Assembly (NCBI GenBank): GCA_023334545.1
Contig: JAADVB010000185.1
Coordinates: 1 to 38,393, forward strand
DNA length: 38,393 bases
From: Salisapilia sapeloensis CBS 127946
Taxonomy: Eukaryota > Protista > Oomycota
Reading direction: 5' to 3'
Made by a program: the position numbers and the translations under genes
Part shown: positions 31,767-38,393 of the stretch, piece by piece
Position numbering within the stretch: position 1 is the stretch's first letter
How the letters are laid out: the number at the start of each line of letters is the position of its first letter
The notes under the pieces: model-generated
What the model was told of the DNA's origin: nothing
Databases searched by the model: none
Seen by the model: only the letters and a program-made list of their open reading frames with translations

Positions 31767-33074
31767 TCAAAGATATATTATCGTGCCGCTGATCACTTGA
31801 TTATCTCGAAAGCAGGTGCTAGTGCGACGGTTGTCCATAAAATAGGAAGACTGCCTAGTACTTATCATATCGTTCGTCAAGTCCGACGACGTCATCTCTG
31901 TTTCAGACGTTTTGCTAGCGGTCAGCTTGCTACGCAGCATACTCTGTGGCTCCAATTCCGTCATTCTCTTTAAGCAAAAAGCGCATAGCGTAACTTGGTG
32001 GGAGCACAGCATATCAGCAGAGCTTAAGTAGTAAATTCGTCTCGTAATCTGGCAGCTAGTACAGAGTGCATGGACGCATTTATGGCAACCTGCTTGCTGT
32101 CGACTGGATTTTAATGCTTTGCTACAGGTGTAGCAACTCTTGCTGTAATATCCCCCATCTTCCTCTTCTGACAGCTGAATATCTGGACGAAGTGCCCAAG
32201 CAACTTTCTTCATCTGAGCGCAATACGCCACGTTCGCGAGTGATGTACCGATGGATTTGGCAGTTGCATGCACCATGGCGTTCCTTAACATTTTGCGTCG
32301 TGCAAATACGTTTCCGTGTGCGTATACCTGCATTTCTTCTCTAGATGTTTGACGAAAGAAGACGCAGAAGGCAAGATTGGACCGACTGATGCCAAGCAGA
32401 CTCTCTGTCGATGGAAAAGCGATGCTGTGCATGAGCTGGTAGCCGATGGTTTCTCCAGTCAGTAGATGCATAATACCGGTGGATTCGAGATAGACATAAT
32501 CTTGATCGCTTAAAAGTGGCCGCATCTGGTGGCGATGAAGACGCCATTTGATCGTGAGCGACTGCATTGGCTGCTCCATTGTTGGCTCTATCAATTCCTT
32601 TAGCACACAGCAGTTCTTCACTTTATCACCAACGTATGCGTTCTTCAGACGCATCTCTTCTGTCGTCCGAGCGATGGACCCGAAGACAGCATCGCCAAGA
32701 TTCCCTTGCACCCGTCCGACAGCAGTGAGACGAACAATGTGCCTGTTAGGGTAGTCCGTTGCTTTTCGAATGGAGGATTGAAGGATGTGCGAGAGAGGTC
32801 GATAGTCGGTGGCTTCTGCGTATGTCCATTCGCTAAGGTCGGTAGTAGACGTTTGGTCCTCTTCATTGACATAAACAGTAATATCCTTCTCCTTCCGCAC
32901 AGTATGCCAATGGGAAGGAATGATCTCTTTCTCTGTGCAGACAAATTGGTCATACTTGGCAACGTAGTGCTCCAAGAGCGCCTGTACGAGCTGCTCTATC
33001 TTTGTCTGGTCCTGCTCTGATACAATCAGAGGCGGAAATGGATTTGTGTGCTTGTGAGTGGTCTTTGTCGTCAT
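31767..33074 (-). CDS. START-like plus FYVE-like zinc finger protein, 435 aa
   Basis: NPFPPL, W..VRKEKDITVY, GRVQGNLGDAVFG, GYQLMHSIAFP, QMKKVAW and eight zinc-finger Cys. Confidence 0.82.
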   Translation of the reverse strand: MTTKTTHKHTNPFPPLIVSEQDQTKIEQLVQALLEHYVAKYDQFVCTEKEIIPSHWHTVRKEKDITVYVNEEDQTSTTDLSEWTYAEATDYRPLSHILQSSIRKATDYPNRHIVRLTAVGRVQGNLGDAVFGSIARTTEEMRLKNAYVGDKVKNCCVLKELIEPTMEQPMQSLTIKWRLHRHQMRPLLSDQDYVYLESTGIMHLLTGETIGYQLMHSIAFPSTESLLGISRSNLAFCVFFRQTSREEMQVYAHGNVFARRKMLRNAMVHATAKSIGTSLANVAYCAQMKKVAWALRPDIQLSEEEDGGYYSKSCYTCSKALKSSRQQAGCHKCVHALCTSCQITRRIYYLSSADMLCSHQVTLCAFCLKRMTELEPQSMLRSKLTASKTSETEMTSSDLTNDMISTRQSSYFMDNRRTSTCFRDNQVISGTIIYL

Positions 33075-33088
33075 CCTGAAAGTCGTAA

Positions 33089-33104
33089 GAAAGCAGAAAT
33101 GAGC
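33089..33104 (-). promoter_or_regulatory. INR(+FPR-like) element
   Basis: Minus strand GCTCATTTCTGCTTTC, 15-30 nt upstream of the ATG at 33074. Confidence 0.55.
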
Positions 33105-33430
33105 TACTTACTCTACAGGCAAGAGCAACAGGATGCATGCATCTAGATGCAACACAGATTTTTATTGAAGGAAGCTAGAAGAAAAGATAGTAGATAAGGT
33201 GCAGAGCGCAGGAAAATCTGATGTATAAAATGAGAAACGATGACGAACGGGATTGTTGACTCAGCAAGATCCAAAGTAGGCGATTGGTGGTAACCTAGAT
33301 TTTTATTCGAATGCTTGCTACACTAGATGACGCTATTTGGCTCTACGAACAAGAACACGTGCATGTCGTGTGGCAAATCATATTTTTGTCGTGCATGTAA
33401 AACTCATATTTGGAAGCAGTCGTACGACAA

Positions 33431-34708
33431 CTATTCATGTGTACTCTCCTGAGACCCACGGCTGAGCGAGCCAGACGTGGAAGAACGACGATACGTCGTC
33501 AGCCGTCGAGGTACCATCCAGCTTCCGACACCAGCTTCCACCTCTTCACTCGCGACCCAGCCTGCTGACAGATTCCGAGCTTCGATCAGACACTCACGAC
33601 AGAAAGAAAACGCTTGCTCGACCACCTTGCCGCAAGGCATCATAAACACCATCCGACGCTTCAGTCGGCAGCTGCTGCACACTGCTCTGTTGCACGCACA
33701 GCACTCTGTCCATGTCTTACGATTGCTTCCTTTCTTTTCATTTTGACAAAAAGCGCAGTTCTGGCTAATGCCATGCTCGTGTGAACTGATAGATAGTCTC
33801 GACCGCTTTCTTCGCACGAGCCACGCACGTTTCCTCATATGTCCTACCCTGGCCGACCGCCAGCAAGCATGCATACCTCGTTCCGTCGCGACGTTGATAA
33901 ACTGACGTAGTAATCCTCCCTTGGGATTCATCTTGCCGAGCACGAAGGAGCTGACACGGTTTTCTGCAAGAGACCGGTAGAATGTGCAGGTGGACATTTC
34001 GGCGCGGATGCTACGGGGTAGGACGTAGGTCTGAGGGAAATGGATCGAGTGATTGATGATAAAACCAACGACCTCGCCGCTTTCAACTTCCGTCGTGCCG
34101 CTATATTCGAGCATGACAAAGTCTCTGCTCTTCACAATCGGCCGGACTGCCAACGGCGTCGGCACTTCCTTCCACTTGACCGTAAGTGAATCAAACGGGG
34201 CGGAGGAAGTCGGTGTACGGAGGTTCGCCAAGATGGCTCCGTTGGTGGTCACGCCGCGTAGGTACTTGGCGTGCGTCTGTAGGAGCTCTTCCCTGTAGTT
34301 CACAGCCCCATAGAGCGCATCCGACATGTTCCCGTCGCACTCGCCAATAATGCAGGTGTGCGGGAAAGCATTCGGAGGCTTGCGACTAGAGGTCGGTCCG
34401 TCAGAATTAGTCAGATTAAAGCTGTCGGACAGTTTGTTTAAGAAGGGGACTTTGTTTGGCTCGTGGTCCTCCACATATGCCTTCACATCCACTGCCTCTC
34501 GAATGAGTTTCCACCTCGGATCGGAGAAATACGCATCCCCTCCCTTTCGAATGAACTTCTTATACTCAGCTAGATTCTGATGGAGAAGATACTCTGCAAG
34601 CAGCATGAGCTCCTCCTCATCCACGGCCGAGAGTCGGAGCGGAGGAAAGGGGCTTCCGCTGCTTGGACCAGGATAGAGAATGATCGCATCTGTCTCCTGT
34701 GCGGCCAT
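33431..34708 (-). CDS. START-like plus FYVE-like zinc finger protein, 425 aa; tandem paralog
   Basis: SPFPPLRLS, RWKLIREAVDVKAY, G.CDGNMSDALYG, GFIINHSIHFPQT, HMRKRAW and eight zinc-finger Cys. Confidence 0.82.
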   Translation of the reverse strand: MAAQETDAIILYPGPSSGSPFPPLRLSAVDEEELMLLAEYLLHQNLAEYKKFIRKGGDAYFSDPRWKLIREAVDVKAYVEDHEPNKVPFLNKLSDSFNLTNSDGPTSSRKPPNAFPHTCIIGECDGNMSDALYGAVNYREELLQTHAKYLRGVTTNGAILANLRTPTSSAPFDSLTVKWKEVPTPLAVRPIVKSRDFVMLEYSGTTEVESGEVVGFIINHSIHFPQTYVLPRSIRAEMSTCTFYRSLAENRVSSFVLGKMNPKGGLLRQFINVATERGMHACWRSARVGHMRKRAWLVRRKRSRLSISSHEHGISQNCAFCQNEKKGSNRKTWTECCACNRAVCSSCRLKRRMVFMMPCGKVVEQAFSFCRECLIEARNLSAGWVASEEVEAGVGSWMVPRRLTTYRRSSTSGSLSRGSQESTHE

Positions 34709-37511
34709 GGCTGGCTGGAGAGATTGGTCGGCTCTTGTCCTTTATGAGCAATTTGACAATTGAGATGTGGCCAGTCATCCGACTCTGTAAAGGCACCATC
34801 GAGTGGGACAATTTTCATGATGTCGTCATGTAGCTAAATTCTCCAGCTCCTTTGGATGCTCGTCGTTAACTCGGAAGATCTCGTTAGAACAATTACGAAG
34901 ATACCTAGGCTAGTACGAGCATCTACGTCCTTTGAGCACACCATGTTGAGCGGCATTGGCATGAAGCAGCGGTACTCCTGTGAGTAATTAGCCGTCTTAA
35001 CAACATGTTCCGATGTCTTCGAGCACTGAAATCTGTGCAGTAATATGGGACAGAGGAAGCTGCAGAAGAAGCACTTGAATGTATCCGAGCTCTCTTTATG
35101 GTATTTGCATATATGAAAGGTTTATTGGAAAACTAGTTTTATTACAAGCGCGGTAATTGGTATCAGCCGAATGGCGTGCGGGCATGTGGACTCTATACCT
35201 ATGCGAAGAATTCTTGATTTATACGTCACTCTTCCCGTAATTTCGCTTTGGGCTGATGGTAGCGTGCGAAGCATTGCTTGTAGAAGATGTTATGATGTGC
35301 ACACCAACCTAGAAACGAGATGACTCCATTCTCCGTGCACGATGATGTCACTATAGCAGATTTCTTTTAAAGTTGCGGCCATTTTGTTAGGTAGAGAGAA
35401 ATACTGGAGCGTAAATAAAGTCATTTCTAATTCTGACCATGTCCCACGAAATCTGCGGATATAAAGTCGCAATTTGTTTGCAAATGCAGTTAAATTGTGC
35501 ACCCACTTTTCCAATCATGCTCGTGCCTTCAAGATGGAGGCGTTCGTCAAAGCCCTGTAGAAATTGTGCGACGGCTTTCAACGAAGCGACACAAGAAACT
35601 CGCACGCAACTCTGAATCAATCGACATTGCGTTTCAATGTCTTCATACCGTTCTTCCGAATACGATTTTTGGAGTGTCAACTCTTCCATCGGTAGTACGT
35701 GAAGCTTGATGCACCAAGCAAAGAACTGACCTGCCATTTAATACTTACAACGCAACGCCCAAGCATTTCCAACCTTGATTGACGCCTGAAGCCATTTTTA
35801 ATAATGGGCATAGATAAAGATTGCAATCTAGCATGCATTCGGATCCTCTTCAAGGATTTACACAGGATACCGATTGTAGCTCATTGTGGCATACGGATCA
35901 GCATCACCATGACTTTAGCATATTATCCATACAACTTTTACATCATTTGAATACCTCTTTTAGCTACAGATCAGGAATCAGTTCTCAAGATATACTGCGT
36001 CCTGGAGTTCTGACCGAGGACGACCTAGGGCCTAGGCGTAGGCAAATCCATAACACTTCACAACCTACTTCCAGCTACTCAAAAGAATTTTTTATTAGCG
36101 AGTTGCGCCAAACTAAATATATTAGGGGGATCAAAGATACAATTTTTGCGATTGATATTACGCAGCCTATCGCTCTAACTTATAACCGCTTTAGGCGGCA
36201 ACTGTCAGTTGGTTTAAAGCTACAAATAAGCAGATCAATTTGCTTACTTTCGTGCATTAAGTTAAAATAATGAGCAAGTTGCTGTTTGAAGCGTCGCTTC
36301 TCTGCTTAAAATCATTTTAAGCCACCTCCATACGTAGCTTGAATTCATATTAAGCATAAGCAAGAACCGTGCATAGAAGTAAGCACAAACAAAGCCTCAA
36401 TTTAAGCAAAATTTTTAGTAACTTTGGCCCCTACTATTATGTGCATGACGCACTGACTGAAATACCCGAGAGGTGTCTACTTGCAAAACCACGAAGCGCT
36501 CTTCATTGTCAGAAGATCCATATCATGTTGCTCACGAGCGGTATACTTACTGAAAAGAATCATCAATTTGCCCAAAGTTACTTCAACTTACTTGGAAGTT
36601 GTAGCCTGAACTTCGTGCGTGGCTCTATCTTGAAACATAAACAATTTGTCGTATCCTTGACCGAGACTTCTGCTTGCATCTAGGTCTAGTATTAACGGAT
36701 ACCATTGCTTTTGGTGCATAGCGGTACTCAACTTTTTGTTCTGCGACCACCTAAAGCAGAAGCTCGATGAGGAAACGCAGATAAGTGCACTTAAGGATAG
36801 TTAATTATACATTGCAGCGGATCATTAAAGACCAGTTGTAGATCTCTGAATACCTTCCTCGACCAACTGAGCACTGACTAGAAGTTCGCTGTATGTTTAT
36901 GGCTGAATATTTTGATTGGCAGTAGATTTCGCAGTACGAGGTATGGCGCTTCTGTTAAGTTTACTGTCAATCTGGTCACTTTGAAGTGCGTAACAAATGA
37001 AGGTCACTCGACTCTAGATTACCAGGCAGCACTGCTGCCCCATATTGTATCGCGGACCTGAGCAGAGAGCAAGGAGACATGAACGGACTTCGTTTCAAAG
37101 CTTTGTAGCCACACGATGGAGAAACTGCAAAAACAGAGTGCTTAGCTCTAGCGCACAATCATACTTCGAATATTTGACCGTTTGCAAGTAGTTCTCGCTC
37201 GCCTTGGTAAAGCTAGCATCTGCAATGTGTTTGAGGTCAGTATGATATGCATACGGTGGGAAAGCTCCTCAGAATCTCAAGTATGACTCTTCTATCAAAG
37301 TATTGCTTATTCAGTCGCATCAGACTAAAAGATGTCAAGGCTCCGACGGAGTAACTTTGTCGTTAATACGTAGTCGTAAATTGCACGCATAGAAGGGGAG
37401 CTCGGCTCTCCTAAACTACTCATAGTTACCGTACAGAGTGCAAGTACGTCACTGCAATCCGTCATTCTAGCACAACTGGGCACCACACAATATCCCTGCA
37501 GTCACGACAAT

Positions 37512-37527
37512 CCTCATTTACAAATTT
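37512..37527 (+). promoter_or_regulatory. INR+FPR element
   Basis: CCTCATTTACAAATTT, 30 nt upstream of the ATG at 37557. Confidence 0.6.
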
Positions 37528-37556
37528 ACGTACTGTGACGAATACCACTTTTCATC

Positions 37557-38393
37557 ATGTTACACCGAGCCGAAGAGTTCTCAAGTCCTTTTCCTCCGTT
37601 AAACTTATCGGATGATGACAGAGGACAGATTTTGGATCTTTCGAATACGCTTCTCGATGAACACATTGCCGCCTATGACGAATATATGGAGAAAGGAGAA
37701 GCAGAGTTCAGTGACAAGGCCAGGTGGAAGCTCGTGCGAAAGGAGGAGAATACTCGATTCTACGCTTCACGTCCTGGCACTGGTGGTCAAGAGCAAATGT
37801 TCGGTACAAAGGATCAGAATGCGCACATTCAACTCGGTCTCCAAGGTCTGCGTCAAAGTGAGCTGGTGGATATGCGAGCAACTGGTACTGTTCGAGGTAC
37901 GCTAGAAGACTTTATGTACGGAGCAATGGGCTATGACATTGTCCGATTCCGGACGAAAGGAGAATACTGTGATGATCATGTCGCCAAAGCAGCAATTGTG
38001 GACACCGTCATCCCCGCGACACCAGAGAACCCATTTTCGGCACTCGTGGTCAAATACCGCGCCATTTCGATTGATGGCTTGAACGACTTGCTCATGAAGC
38101 CCCATCACTATGTCTACATGGACTATTCTGGCTACAGTCGCCTATCGAACGGTGACAAGGTCGGTTTCCTCATTGGTCATAGTATCAACTTTCCTCAGAC
38201 GGAGCTCCCAGAAGGTGCTATTCGAGGAAAGATTGCCTCATGCTTTATGGCACGACAGAAGAACGACAATGAGATTGAGACGTTCTGTCGCATCATTATG
38301 GAGAACCCGAAGAAGTACATGCGATCCATCTTCCTGAGCGTCTACGGCAAGATTTGCACTGGCCTTGCTAAACAGCACGCGCACGTTGCCAAC
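37557..38393 (+). CDS. START-like family protein, 3' end beyond the window
   Basis: Not in the ORF track; 279 open codons from ATG 37557: MLHRAEEFSSPFPPLNLS...RWKLVRKEENTRFY...GTVRGTLEDFMYG...GFLIGHSINFPQT. Confidence 0.87.
   Translation, partial: MLHRAEEFSSPFPPLNLSDDDRGQILDLSNTLLDEHIAAYDEYMEKGEAEFSDKARWKLVRKEENTRFYASRPGTGGQEQMFGTKDQNAHIQLGLQGLRQSELVDMRATGTVRGTLEDFMYGAMGYDIVRFRTKGEYCDDHVAKAAIVDTVIPATPENPFSALVVKYRAISIDGLNDLLMKPHHYVYMDYSGYSRLSNGDKVGFLIGHSINFPQTELPEGAIRGKIASCFMARQKNDNEIETFCRIIMENPKKYMRSIFLSVYGKICTGLAKQHAHVAN

Noticed and set aside
35821-36683. ORFs of 149 and 104 aa
   Set aside because: Start at TTG/GTG, no motifs, composition like non-coding DNA.
1-38393. tRNA, rRNA, telomeric repeats and transposon domains (RT, integrase, DDE)
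   Set aside because: None recognised by eye; a tRNAscan-SE, Infernal and RepeatMasker run is needed to exclude degenerate copies.

Overview
Eukaryotic, almost certainly oomycete, genomic DNA: oomycete-type INR/FPR core promoters, short GT-AG introns and oomycete-expanded gene families. No rRNA, tRNA, CRISPR or recognisable transposon was found. The left 21.7 kb is gene-dense. It holds two tandem BT1/folate-biopterin transporters, a BIG/Sec7 ARF-GEF whose last exon is missed by the ORF track, a START-like/zinc-finger gene, and three membrane-anchored expansin/DPBB genes interrupted by an ERMARD-like double-HEPN gene. The right 16.6 kb is gene-sparse. It holds a START-like pseudogene, unexplained coding-like remnants, two paralogous small His/Cys-rich secreted proteins, an active-site-intact S1 protease and three more START-like genes. 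The best candidates for new biology are (i) the tethered expansin trio, with graded stalk lengths, a shared cytoplasmic tail motif and one member lacking both conserved Asp residues; (ii) a Met-to-Leu change in the Sec7 domain at the known brefeldin-A resistance position; and (iii) the six-cysteine secreted pair, one with a natural His8 tract. All family calls come from motif recognition by eye; no database search was run.
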